Part shown: positions 11,439-23,680 of the stretch, in pieces
Layout of the letters: every line of letters starts with the position of its first letter
How positions within the stretch are numbered: position 1 is the stretch's first letter
Assembly (NCBI RefSeq): GCF_006345805.1
Contig: NC_043013.1
Span: forward strand, 25,978,001 to 26,042,000
Direction of reading: 5' to 3'
DNA: 64,000 nt
From: Octopus sinensis
Lineage: Eukaryota
The notes under the pieces: model-generated
Told to the model about the DNA's origin: nothing
The model's input: only the letters and a program-made list of their open reading frames with translations
Database searches by the model: none
Made by a program: the position numbers and the translations under genes

Positions 11439-12760
11439 TTTGGATGAGTGTAGGCTACACCCATCCATCCAATTTACAAAGGAGATGAGAAGTACCAAAT
11501 TACCATTCCTAGATATAATGGTAATTAAAAAGAACACCACCATTACCACAGATATATATTACAAACACACAGATACACATCAATACCTGAATTTTAAATC
11601 GTGCCATCCGCCGCATACAAAACGTAACATCCCATACTGCTTAGCCAGAAGAATCTGTATCATTGTAGAAGAGTTAAAGACAAATCAGCGCCTGATGGAA
11701 CTGAAAGAATTTCTGCTTAAACAAAAATACCTGTCACTACTTATAGAAAATGGTATTTAGCGGGCTTTAAAAATACCCATACAACAACTGAGGACACCAC
11801 AAAGAAGAGAAAAACAAGAACAAATCATACCATTTATAGTGACACACAATCCATGCCACTAGAACATCTTCAATATCGCTAAAACAAACCTACCAATCAT
11901 TGCACAGAGTAAAGAATTAAGATATATCATTACAGATCAAACTATAACTCTCAGCAAGAGACAGCCTAAAAGCTAGAAAAAGTTCTTAACAAAGGCAAGG
12001 TTTGACCTTAGCAACAAAGACCAACCATTTACTGTGTCTAAATGCAATGATAGCTGATGTGGTACATGCCAATTAATTCATACTGGCCCATATATGAACA
12101 CAAAAACAGGGAAAATATTCACAAACGCAAACATGAACTGCAAAAGAAGAAATTTAATCTACTGCATCAAATGCCCAAATGCACTATCAGAACGCTCGCG
12201 TATGCATCGACAACAACATGCGTAACCATCTGGCAACATGTGGTCGGAAAACATTTATGATATTTCCATTTCATAAACTATACAATCTAAACGAAATCGA
12301 GAGAAAACTGAGAGAAAATTAATAAATTCAAACCGAAGCTTAATAAATAATGATTAAATTAATCTTATCTAAGGTTTAAAAATCTTAACCCTATACCTAA
12401 AAAATAAAAATCCCTAAAAAGTACTGCTGTCATCATTTCTAAAAATAAACACTGAAAAATGGTTTGGCATCATTTCTAAAAATAGCTAAGTAACTACTAC
12501 TGCTGTCCACAGGAATGTATATAAAAGACAAAAGGTAACGAGTCAAACACAGTCGAAGCGTTCCTGTCACAATCTGAACCTGATGAATGCTTAAACGCAA
12601 GAAAGAATTTACTAGTTCAATGAGAATAGACATATAATATTTTCAATTTTTCATTTGTTCAATAAGACAATCAATACTTCATTTCATTTCTCTCTTACTA
12701 TACATTCTATATTCTATATCCTATATTAATATTATAAGAATATAAATAAAACAAAAAACA
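11439..12760 (+). mobile_element. 5'-truncated Penelope-like element (RT C-terminus, linker, broken GIY-YIG, 3' region)
   Basis: LHPSIQFT...LPFLDIMV...TDIYYKHTDTHQYLNFKSCHPPHTKRNIPYCLARRIC, then in frame through stops IIPFIVTHNP...KCNDS*CGTC...NCKRRNLIYCIKCPN. The YIG half appears deleted. Confidence 0.88.
12575..12619 (+). ncRNA. Type I hammerhead motif, family B, in the 3' region of the Penelope-like element
   Basis: TGAAC CTGATGA A TGC ttaaac GCA A GAAA G aattta C T A GTTCA: 5-bp stem I, 3-bp stem II, 2-bp stem III, CUA cleavage triplet. Confidence 0.65.
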
Positions 12761-12815
12761 GTTGAAATTCCTTTGAGTAATATATTCTTCTATACACGAT
12801 CATACAAACCCCCTT

Positions 12816-12895
<80 letters not shown>

Positions 12896-12960
12896 TATAT
12901 ATACAAGTGAGTGGACAAACTAAGAAGGGCGCTCAACCAATTTATTGGGAGTTACATGTA

Positions 12961-13119
12961 TGGATCAAAACGGTTTGATTCAAATTTGTTGGTGCTCTTG
13001 AGGTTCAAGCGTGATGTTAGTCGTCAGCCATTTTGAGTACTCAAAATGGCTGACGACGACTAGCAGCACGCTTGAAACTCAATAGCATCAACGAATTTGA
13101 ATTGAACTGTTTTGATCCA
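12961..13119. repeat. Loopless 159-bp palindrome (foldback MITE-like)
   Basis: Centre gagt|actc at 13038/13039; ends tggatcaaaac / gttttgatcca; TGTA directly flanks both ends. Confidence 0.9.
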
Positions 13120-13311
13120 TGTATATATATCAAAATGTGACCGCGTGTGTACCGTTGGCGATTTTTTTCCCTCTGTCTTCCCTTCTCTGGATCTTTCCTT
13201 CTCCTATGTTTGTTCCACGTCCTCGCGTTGTTGTGTTTTCATGTTTGAATTAACTATATATGTCTATATCTATATCTATATACACACACACACACACACC
13301 ACACACACACA

Positions 13312-13420
<109 letters not shown>

Positions 13421-13646
13421 ATGTATGTATATATATATAGTCAATTCAGAAAAATGAACAATAAAATTAACAATAACAGACAACAGGAGGACGAACACAT
13501 GGAATATATTAGTTTGACGCTCAGTAAAAAGAGAGAGTTTTTGACATTTCGTGCAAGGTCTTGGTCGGAAAGGACAATGAGAACAGAAGAAGTACAGAAA
13601 AGAAATCGCCTACAGTACTGTGTAGTTAGATTGCTGAAGCTACCGG

Positions 13647-13688
<42 letters not shown>

Positions 13689-15441
13689 ATAGATATATAT
13701 ATATGATGGACTCGCGCGTCGTCGACGTATGAGGGTTCGACAATTCTTTACCGTAAATTAGCGGCGGTTCGGCAAAAACATCGATACAATAAGTAGTAGG
13801 TTTACAAGAAATAAGTCCTGAGGGTCGATTTGTTCGACTAAAGGCGGTGCTCCAGCATGGCCACAGTCATATGACTGAAACAAGTAACAAAATAAAAGAG
13901 CATGCACACTCACACATTCACACACTACGGTAGTAGTTGAATAATATTCTTAAGGACGTAATTTGCTCACAAACAGCATCTTTCAGAGTTTTTTACTAAT
14001 TCAGTTCTTAACTAAATTAAAAACTGTTAACATTTCTGAAGAAGACTGGTCACTAGCTACATTTTGGCATAGAAAAATTGGGATTTGGTCCAGTAGCAAA
14101 AAGTTTACACTAAAATTTGTAGCAACGTTATAGATCTAAATAGTCACGTTTAGATCTAAATAACTTTTTTTATTTTAAAAGCAAAATAAATTTATCTGAG
14201 CTTCAATGATAGAAGAAAGCATGAAGAATTTCAGTTGTGTTTCCATGCAACAAAAATTTGTATCAAAAAAGTTGTGAGGTAAAATATCATGAAAAAAAAC
14301 ACAAGGCAAAAATTGGATTGAAGTATAATTAACTTTTATATTTTAAAAACAAATTATATTTTAATTAAGCTTAAATGATAGAACTCAATTCGAGGAATTC
14401 CATGGTATCAGTCTCATGCAATGAAGTTTTAAAGAAAAAAGTTATGAGCGTTTGTTTCTCAAATTTGAGGGTGATAATATAGTTCTATATTTTTTATGAA
14501 TAAGTGGACTTTTAGTGTATGTCACCGGCATCATTGAGGTAAAGAAAGATTATCAACATCACCGCTAATTTTCAGTTAGGTAAAATCTTAAATTATTAAT
14601 TGACTCATTATTAATTAGCATAATAGCATAACCTGGAAAAAACTTGGATTACATTGAAAAATGCGAGCAAGAGAGATAATGTTCTTTAAGTTATTACATC
14701 TGGTAAAGTACAAAACAAGAAAATTTTTTACTTAAAATATTGCAGCTAAGAATAAAGTTATTTAATTTTAATTTACAAAGTAAGATTATAATAAAAAAAG
14801 GTACCATCATTTTGTTGAAATATTGACACACTAGAATACTTAAAAAATGGGAGCCAGAAGTACCAATATAGCTAAAATTTTATGCAAAGTAGAATAGTAT
14901 ATATGGTAGGCAAATTCATTAGATAAAAAATAGGCATTGGGTCAAGACTAAAAATGGGAAGACTTGGCAATTACTTAGGCAATAACTCAAGCAAATTTTA
15001 CTGTGAATTTGTTGTTATAGATAGATTTTAGTGTCATATGTAACTAATTTTTGTATTCTATTTATTGTACTAATTATGTACTACTATTATTTTTTATAAC
15101 CTATTTTCAAATTTCTAATTATTAATTAATAATTTTAAAAATGAGTTTTTTCTTTAAGTGCAAAAAATATTTTAATTGAATTATTTTTTATTTTTTATAG
15201 AAGCAACAAGTAATAACTTGTATTAAAATTTTTAGTTTTAATAAAAGCTAATATTTTCTAAATCTAAATATTTTATTTGAAATTCTATCCTCAGCTGCAA
15301 TATTTTCAGTAAAAATGTTCTTGTTCTGTACTTTACTAGATGTAATAACATGAACTCTTCCAAGTGTAATAACTTGTTCTGTACTTTTCCAGGTTTATAA
15401 TCTTAAGAATGTTATTTCTCTTGCTCGCATTTTTCCATGTA

Positions 15442-15484
<43 letters not shown>

Positions 15485-16150
15485 CATCCATCTTCACTCG
15501 AGGAGGGCGCTTCCTCCTCAGGACCCTACCAGAAGCAACTGTCGTTAGACGTTCCGGTTGGACTCCCAAGCATAACCAACTGAGGTTATGAGTATTATTA
15601 AGTCATCTCATTTTTCGTTTCCCATCAGGTCTCCTATTGTTTGGCTCGGTTTGAAGAATCTGTCTTGGAATCCTTTTTTGCGACATTCTAATGACATGTC
15701 TATAGTAACGGATCTGTGACCTCTCAATGCAGAGAAGTGGTGGTTCAACATGGTGAGTCCGAGCTATGCACTCTGTTGAGTAACGTTACTCCAGAAGCCC
15801 TGCGGACGAACTCCATTTCGGCTGCTTCTATTCGCAATCCTTCTTTTTCGGTCATTCCCCTACATTCATGACAATAGGTGAGGATAGGCACGAAAAGCGA
15901 ATTGAAGATAACGAGTCTGGCTCGTTTTTTACTTACCTCTCCTTTTCTGAAGATCGAGTGATGGAGACGGCACATTACTCTGCCAGCACCTGAGATACTT
16001 GTATCGGTGGTGTTCCACTAACGAGCAGTTTGCACTGGGAAGACTTTCTTCAGACGACCGATATGAAACAGATAGAAGATTGGTCTTTCTCTTACTGAGG
16101 TAGAATGTTTTGCCGAAACATGAAGGAAGCATTGCTTTCACCAGCTGCCT
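15485..16150 (-). mobile_element. RTE (Rex3/Expander-like) 3' fragment
   Basis: LHHSIFRKGEVSKKRARLVIFNSLFVPILTYCHE...EAAEMEFVRRASGVTLLNRV, then LGVQPERLTTVA...PPR and a gaagatggatg tail. Confidence 0.8.
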
Positions 16151-16209
16151 TTAATTGCATTTTCTATATTTTACAAACATATTCATGTAATTTTCTTATG
16201 CTTCTCTTG

Positions 16210-16430
16210 AAGGCAGCGAGCTGGTAGAATCGTTAGCACGCCAGACAAAATACTCAGCGACATTTCTTCCGGCTTTACGTTCGGAGTTCGAATTCCGTCG
16301 AGTTCGACCTAGACTTTTTACACTTACGGGGTTAATAAACTAAGTACAAGTCAAGGGTCAATGTAATCGACTAGCAACTCCTTCGACCCTCCCCCCCCCA
16401 AATAGTCAGCCTAACGCCCATAATGGAAAG
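16210..16430 (+). mobile_element. SINE family 1
   Basis: gcgagctggtagaatcgttagcacgcc...gagttcgaattcc. Confidence 0.75.
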
Positions 16431-16659
16431 AATTAGACATCTCTCCCGTTTTTTTTTTCTTTTTTTTTTTTTCATAGATTTTTTAACACGGTGGAGGGAA
16501 TTTCTGTATTTTAATTGCATAGGCAACCAAGTTTTCCAACTCACTGTATTTCTTATGTGTGAGGCCCCACTGCATTTTGTATTTTGAATACTGAATGCCC
16601 TTCTGAGGTTTTTCTTCCCCTGCTATATAATTACTTTCTGTACTCCCTTACTCCCAGGT

Positions 16660-16935
16660 TGTTGGTTTTTCGTTTCTTCTTTTAATTGAGAACTGGAGTA
16701 AAAAAAAAATGCGATGAGGATAGTAGAAATATCTGGTCCAGAGTCGCAACACCTGATCTAGCAAAGCCTGTGCACTTTTGTGAGAGTTTTGTCGTCTCCA
16801 TCGGTGGGTGGCCCCGGGTAGCTCTGGTGTCGCGGTGGAAGAGGCGAAAACTCCCACAGAGCTGCTTCACTGCCTGATGAGATACCGGTTCCTGCTTTCG
16901 GAGACGGAGTACTGCGGCGTTCTCGGTACACAAGT
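16660..16935 (-). mobile_element. Possible CR1/L2-type LINE C-terminal relic
   Basis: ...RDTRATRGHP...SHFFFTPVLN resembles the TRGH...FFxxRVxxxWN end of CR1-group ORF2. Weak match. Confidence 0.35.
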
Positions 16936-16948
16936 ATATACCCTAAAT

Positions 16949-17300
16949 CGCAGTTTCTCAACGGGGGTATAGCCGTAGAGGGTTCGTATAAGATTTTTGC
17001 GAGTCCACAAAAGCAAAAGCAGGTTGAGGATTCACGGTAGTATTTTTAAGTGTTCATGAAAAAGTTTTGTTTTGGACGTATTTAGTACAAGAAAAAAATA
17101 GGTGTCTTTGAACACGTTTCAAGCCACTGAAACATGTTTTCTCAGAGGGTTTTGTTGCAAACCTACACAAGTGAATGGGTGAAAAACAAAATTGGAAATT
17201 TGAAAGAGGCACCCATCGAATGGCTATGATGGTCTACCAGAATAAAATGGAAATGAAATGGGTCCAAAAGTAAGGAAAAAAAAATGGTTGAGAACCACTG
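16949..17300. mobile_element. hAT (Charlie-like) MITE
   Basis: Right TIR gttgagaaccactg, degenerate left TIR cgcagtttctcaac. Perfect 8-bp TSD CCCTAAAT at 16941-16948 and 17301-17308. Confidence 0.85.
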
Positions 17301-18654
17301 CCCTAAATGGACGAATATAGTCAAGTTTTGCCTTGAATTACATGGGATATCCCACGAAAACTAGGGCACTTGGTTAAGATGTCACTGGTGGGGGGGGGAG
17401 GGCGTTATCGACCCCCAAGCCTTTTGAGTGAAATTAAATAAAAGGAAACTGTGTGGAAGCCTGTCGGTTATGTTTGTAATGGTTTGATCTTGTCACGCGC
17501 TTTCATTCTGTGAGAATGTTTTTAGCACTTACACTGATTTCTGGAGTATGTAGTTCAGTTCTTCTCGGACAACCGAATGCTCATCGTCAAAACCGACGAA
17601 GATCCAGTCATTTATTTTTCATTATTATTATTACTTTTTAGTTTGTAACGGTATCTTATCATCGATGATTGACGACACCACCACCACCACCGTCGCCACT
17701 TAAACCCTGTTTTACCGAAGCCCTTCGGGTACAACCCCCACCCCCCAGTTTGTTGAATAAACTGCAAAGTACTTTGCTGGAAAAACTGATTTCTTAAAAT
17801 GTTGTTGGAACTTCCCCCAAAATTGATCGGAAACAAGGAATCCTGTATAACTGAAATGCGCAATATCATTTCAACAACCTAAAAACACCGCTAACAGGGT
17901 CTTCGATAGAAATTTTAAGCTTTCAGAGTGCAAGGGGTTGGATGAACTGGGACCCGAGGGGCGGGGCCAGTGCAGCAGCTGAAAACTCTTCGTTTAGTGC
18001 CTAGCCACAAGATCATCATCATCATCATCACCATCACATCCAAACATCCTAAGCTCCAGTGGGGGATCTCGCCTCGGTGGTAGTTATCGTGGTGTTGATG
18101 GCGGCGGTGGTGGTGGTGGTGGCGGTGGTGACGGCGGCGGTGGTGAACAGCGTGACCATTCTACCATTTTCATCATAATATTCTCGTTGGCTCCTATTAA
18201 AAAACAAAAAAACAAAAAACAAAAACTAAAAGAATGTTCTCTTATTTAGTCTCCAGATTAGCCGCCATAGGACCATCCTGCTTTTATGATTATCTGGGGA
18301 TTTTTTTTTTTCATTCAAATGGTTTCGAATTTTCGCAAAAAGTCAACAACCTTTAAGGAAATAGGCTTAGTCGATTACAAAGATTCCAGTGCTCAACTGG
18401 TACTTATTATATCGACTCCTAAAGGACAAAAGCTGACACCGGCAGAATTTGAACACAGAACTAAAAGTGCCGAAAGAGATGCAGCTTGGCATTTTGTCAG
18501 GCACGCTAACGTCTTTCTCCTGTCGCTGCCTTCATTCCTGCTGTATCTATGGCATGGAATATCCTATTGGTTTCTTTCTCTTTTTGTAAAGACGGTTAGT
18601 TTACGTGGAGAGGATTTCACTACAGTTTCTAGCAAGCCGAATGACCATGTAGTG

Positions 18655-18990
18655 TAATGGTTCTCAACTGTGTAGTAAGAAGCTTGCTTCCCGGGTTCAG
18701 TCCTACCGCGTGGCACCTTGGGCAAGTGTCTTCTGCTATAGCCTCGAGCCGGCCAAAACCTTGTGAGAGGATTTGGTAGACGGAAACTGAAAGAAGCCCG
18801 TCGTGCATATATGTATGTATGTATGTATTTGTGTGCGTGTGTGTATGTTTGTCCCCTCTCCATCGCTTGACAAACGGTTCGGCAAAAGAACCGACAGAAT
18901 AAGCCCTGGGGTCGATTTGTTCGACTAAAAGGTGGTGCTCCAGCATGGCCGCAGACAAATGACTGAAACAAGTAAAATAATAAGAGAATA
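18655..18990 (+). mobile_element. SINE family 2 (CpG-intact, internal deletion)
   Basis: caccttgggcaagtgtcttc core; gacggaaactgaaagaagcccgtcg intact. Confidence 0.85.
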
Positions 18991-19598
18991 AATCGATTAT
19001 AATTCTACAATACACAGAATATCTTAACAGTTTGTGTTATACAATTCTTCATATTTAACTATATGAATATAACAGGGTTTTCTGTTTTTTAATCATCGAG
19101 TGGCTCTAAGGATCCAATCATGTAAAACAGCAATGAGAGAGAGGTCCCTAAATATAAAATGATGTAGTGGATGGCTATTGACTGCGACGTTGACTGCGTA
19201 AATGGATCGTCGCCGTCGTCGTCATTGTTAACGCAGCCATATAATAAACAAACAAACAAATAAACAGCATTTACCTTTAACGATGTCAATCTATTAAGAA
19301 GGCATAATGAGTGTAATTGTGTGTCTAATATACTAATATTAAATTTTTAATACTGCTGTCCGCCTAATAATATACGGGAAACGTGAATAGAAAAGGAGAT
19401 TCACCTCTGTCTGCTGCTATTCTTTACAATTTTGAAAAGCACGTGTATTTCGTCGTGTTTGTTCTTAAATATAATAATGGGGAAGGAGGATGGAGTATTT
19501 ATTGAAAAAGCATAAATATACGTGCGCTTGTGTGTGTGTGTGTGTGTTTATATATATATATATATATATACTTTATTTAAAGCAGCAGAAAATTCAAC

Positions 19599-19715
19599 AA
19601 AATCTGTTACTCTGAGTTTCTCGTTGCCGTTCATCAGACAGTTTTTGCTAGAAAAAACAGTTCTGGCAAAAACTGTCTGATGAACGGCAACGAGAAACTC
19701 AGAGTAACAGATTTT
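19599..19715. repeat. Perfect 50-bp inverted repeat within a PLE-terminus-like element (about 19570-19770)
   Basis: Arms at 19599-19648 and 19666-19715 are exact reverse complements. Confidence 0.92.
19673..19710 (+). ncRNA. Minimal type I hammerhead motif, family C (mirror copy on the - strand at 19604-19641)
   Basis: CTGT CTGATGA A CG gcaa CG A GAAA CTC a GAG T A ACAG: GNRA-capped stem II, palindromic ACTC-A-GAGT stem III, GUA cleavage triplet. Confidence 0.7.
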
Positions 19716-19766
19716 GGTATTTGAGTACTCTTTTTTCCACCTTGTTTCACATTTATGTGTTTACTC

Positions 19767-19863
<97 letters not shown>

Positions 19864-20016
19864 AGAGAGAGATGGCTAGATAGATAGATAGATAGATAGA
19901 TAGATGTGTATGCATACATATAAATATTAGTGTGTGTGTGAAGACAAAGTGGAAGATGGATGCAAGTTCAATATCGGCAACAATCGTATGATTATATATA
20001 TATATCTGTATATATG

Positions 20017-20222
20017 TGGCGGCGAGCTGGCAGAAACGTTAGCTCGCCGGGCGAAATGCTTAGCGGTATTTCGTCTGCCGCTACGTTCTGAGTTCAAATT
20101 CCACCGAGGTCGACTTTGCCTTTCATCCTTTCGGGGTCGATAAATAAAGTACCAGTTACGCACTTAATCCCTTTGTCTGTCCTTGTTTGTCCCCTCTATG
20201 TTTAGCCCCTTGTGGGTAGAAA
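20017..20222 (+). mobile_element. SINE family 1, near consensus
   Basis: ggcggcgagctggcagaaacgttag...gagttcaaattcc...ggtcgactttgcctttcatcctttcggggtcgataaa. From memory, the core resembles the Sauria/Meta-type SINE domain (unverified). Confidence 0.88.
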
Positions 20223-20771
20223 TATGTATATGTATGTATGTATGCACGTGTGTGTATATATATACGCGCGCACACACACATACACATTTATATATGTATG
20301 TATGTATGTATGTATATACGTACCTATAAATATATAACTCAAGCTTAAATGTATGACTATATAATCACTATGACTACCATTATCACCACCACCACTACCA
20401 ACATTACCACATGACTATTGCTATTACCCTTGTTCTTACTACTGTCGCTACTGCCACTACTACTACTACTAACGTTATCAACTCCAATACTTTTAAATCT
20501 GCAATTGTACCTATGTAAATGAATTCTTTCGCTAATTATTTTTTCGCAAAATGCATGAATATCACATCGCACATACATTTTTTAAAATCCATTTCCTCCT
20601 TTGCGCGGGTTTTATAAGTCAAAGTGAATGGAGCTTTGGCTGGTTGCAAAATTTCAATTGCTACCTTTTACTATGTACATATACAATAACTCGCGCGTAG
20701 ATGCATTCTATATATATATATATATATTATACTTATAGTTTCACACACATACCTATCTATTTATCTATTAA

Positions 20772-20807
<36 letters not shown>

Positions 20808-20821
20808 GTTGAAAGAAAGAA

Positions 20822-20854
<33 letters not shown>

Positions 20855-22643
20855 TACACGTACACCAAGTTCATTCACCTTAGAATTAGAATTGTCCTTC
20901 ATTCTTATGTATGTACATGGAAGTGTATGTGCGTGCGTGTGTGCGTGCGTACATGCGTGTGTGCGTACGTGTGTGTGTGTGTGTATAGTCTCCCTTTTTT
21001 TTCTTTCAGTGGAATTTTTACTTTCAGTGAAGCCAGTTGCTGCCATGGTAACCAAGTGAATTTTAGGGCACTACAGACATAATTCGCGGGAGCGAGTGTA
21101 AGGGACAATAGAAAAGGGCTGCTGTTGTTTTAGTCCCTCTTCACAGTTCAGCCCTGATCTAGCAGCCCTGCGTTTATAGGTTGATGTGCGTGTATGTGTC
21201 TATGTAGACATCTCTCCCTTTCTCTCTCCCTCTCTCTCTCTCTCTCTCCCTCTCTCCCTCTCTCTCTCTTTCCATACCTACATACATACATGCATACATA
21301 GTGAGAAAGAGAAAGAGAATTAAGCAGGGAAAAGAAGCCGTGAACAATTGGAGAAAATAGAAAGCATTGACAGAAAACGAATTACTACTACTTCCAGTAG
21401 TAGTAGTAGTAGTAATAGTAGTAGTAGGGGGTGCATCAGCAGTTGTAGTAGTAGAAGTAGTAGTGGTGGTGGTGGTGGTGATTGATGATGGTTGTATTGA
21501 TTGTTATACAGAGATTAGAAACGCGTTGTGTATATTGGCACAACTGAATGAACGAATGAATGAATGAATGAACGAATGAATGAATGAAAGAATGAATGAA
21601 TGAAAGAATGAACAGTAGGACTTGTACGAAATTATGAATGGAGCGTTAATAACCACCGAACATTTGGATAGTGGAGGGGGGGAACAATTTGTCGAAGGGA
21701 TGCTTGTGTTGGGTATCTGTCTATCAACGAACGATTGACCTCAACAACAGTAGCAGCAGTATCACTATTGATATAACCAGTGACATCTATTTATTATCCT
21801 TTTGCTTCCTCTTCCTCTTTCTTTCTTTTTCTTTCCTTCTTCCTTTCTTTCTTCCTTTCTTTCTTAAACACTGTCTGTGATGGTTGGGGTGGAAGGGAGT
21901 TCACGATCTGGGCTCTGCGGGCTACAAGGGAGCTTCTCCAATTGGTCGGTCGCTCAACCTGCTCAATATCGGTTTTGAATTTTAGCACAAGGTCTGCAAT
22001 TTCGAAGGACGAGGTGTAAATCGATTATATCGATTCCAGTGTTCCACTGGTTCTTATTTTATCGAGTCTGAAAAGATGAAAAGCAAATTCGACCCCTGCT
22101 AAATATTAGCAACCGAACTTCCCCTATCTCGCCCCCAAGTGTCTGAAAATAAAAATAAATAAAAGGCAGGTAGGAGAGGGTAATGTAGTCCTAGACAATA
22201 TCTCTTCAATGAGATGTGGGAGAGTTCCAGATGGAATGTATTTGATCCTTCATTTATCTGCTCGATCAGTGTCGACCAGAGCTAGAAACAGTAACGATAA
22301 ATTTGAATGAAATTTCCTTCCTTTGTAGGAAATTTCAATCCAAGTATTTCTGTTGCTGTTTTCATTTGGAGAATCTCTGAGAGACCTTGCATGCCTCTTT
22401 ATTTATTTATTTATTTACTTTTTTATTTATTTATTACATTATTCTTTTTTTATTTGTTTCCTTTTTTTTTTTTTTTTACATTTTTACTGTTCAACTTCCG
22501 CAAATTGTAATGAATAAAAATTAAATCGGTTATGATTTTTAAAAATTTCTATTATAATGTTGAAAAATGTTTTTAAAAATGATCAGTAAAAACATTCGAC
22601 ATATTCTGAAATATTCGTAATACACCTTAATTTTTGTTTGGTG

Positions 22644-22778
22644 ATCCTTCGGTGTTGGTCTACAGAGAGTCACTTTAAGGAGACGACGTCATTCATCTCT
22701 TTTCAGCCTAGCCTCTTTATTTATGTCACGAGGAGAGGGGGTGTGGATGAATGATGTCATCTACCAACACCGAAGGAT
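22644..22778. repeat. Hairpin with an asymmetric 21-nt insert
   Basis: atccttcggtgttggt (22644-59) pairs with accaacaccgaaggat (22763-78); agacgacgtcattcatc pairs with gatgaatgatgtcatct. Confidence 0.8.
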
Positions 22779-22919
22779 AGCCATATTTTAATTTTATTTT
22801 CAAAAATCCATATTTTTCAATTCTCTTAGCCCCCCCCCCCCCACCTCTTCTTCATTGTGCATTTCTGGAATTACCAGTATTAATGTTTGTCACACCTGAA
22901 ATACCATTCTTGAAAATAG

Positions 22920-23135
22920 TCATTTCTACTATAGGCACAAGGCCTGAAAATTTGGGGGAGGGGACTGGTCGATTACATCGATCCCAGTACTCACCTGGTA
23001 CTTAGTTTATCAACCCTGAAAGGATGAAAAGCAAAGTCCACCTCGGCGGAAGTTGAACTCAGAACATCTGTTAAGACAAACGCAATGTTGCTCAGCGTTT
23101 TGGCCAGCGAGTTAATGATTCTGTCAGCTCGACGC
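22920..23135 (-). mobile_element. SINE family 1
   Basis: Reverse complement of the family 1 consensus; CpGs mostly retained. Confidence 0.7.
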
Positions 23136-23164
23136 CTTACCATTCTTGAAAATAATAATAATAA

Positions 23165-23680
23165 TAATAACTGATTGGAAGTGTTATCATGTACATTGTT
23201 TTGTCTTGGTATAAAAGATGGGCTACAGCAAATATTCTGCTGAATACCACAGATTTGCTTGTCAGTTGTTTGACCTTAACCAGTTGAGCATGTCCCTTAG
23301 TGGCTGACGATATGTGCATCTCTGATCATGAGCAGAAGTAGTGGGGCATCATAGCCATGTGTTGAGAGGGATTCTTTGGGGTTTGAATAATTCACCTCTG
23401 GAAACATGGGTGGTTCTTTCAACATCCTTAAACAACCCTTATTCAGGGACCTTTTGAGCGGGATGGGCTACTCAACCTGAAGAAAATTCTAACTGGGTCC
23501 CACCTGCAAGGTCATGTGCTGTTTATCTTGATATGAGATCACCATGTCGCACACATATGGTTGTGATGCATGTGCCTGGTGTACCCTTATCAGACGGGTA
23601 GTCATGATGGGTATATTGGGCTTCGTATATTTTACCCCAGTGTCACTTTGATGGCATGCACTGCTCTCTCACTCAATAAT
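23165..23680 (+). mobile_element. (AAT)n-flanked 560-bp family copy
   Basis: High identity to the reverse complement of 9853-10360. Confidence 0.8.

Noticed and set aside
16840-16900. Type II hammerhead from gcGAAAactc...ctgcCTGATGAg
   Set aside because: Stem III has a mismatch next to the core, position 17 is G, and there is no stem I or II pairing.
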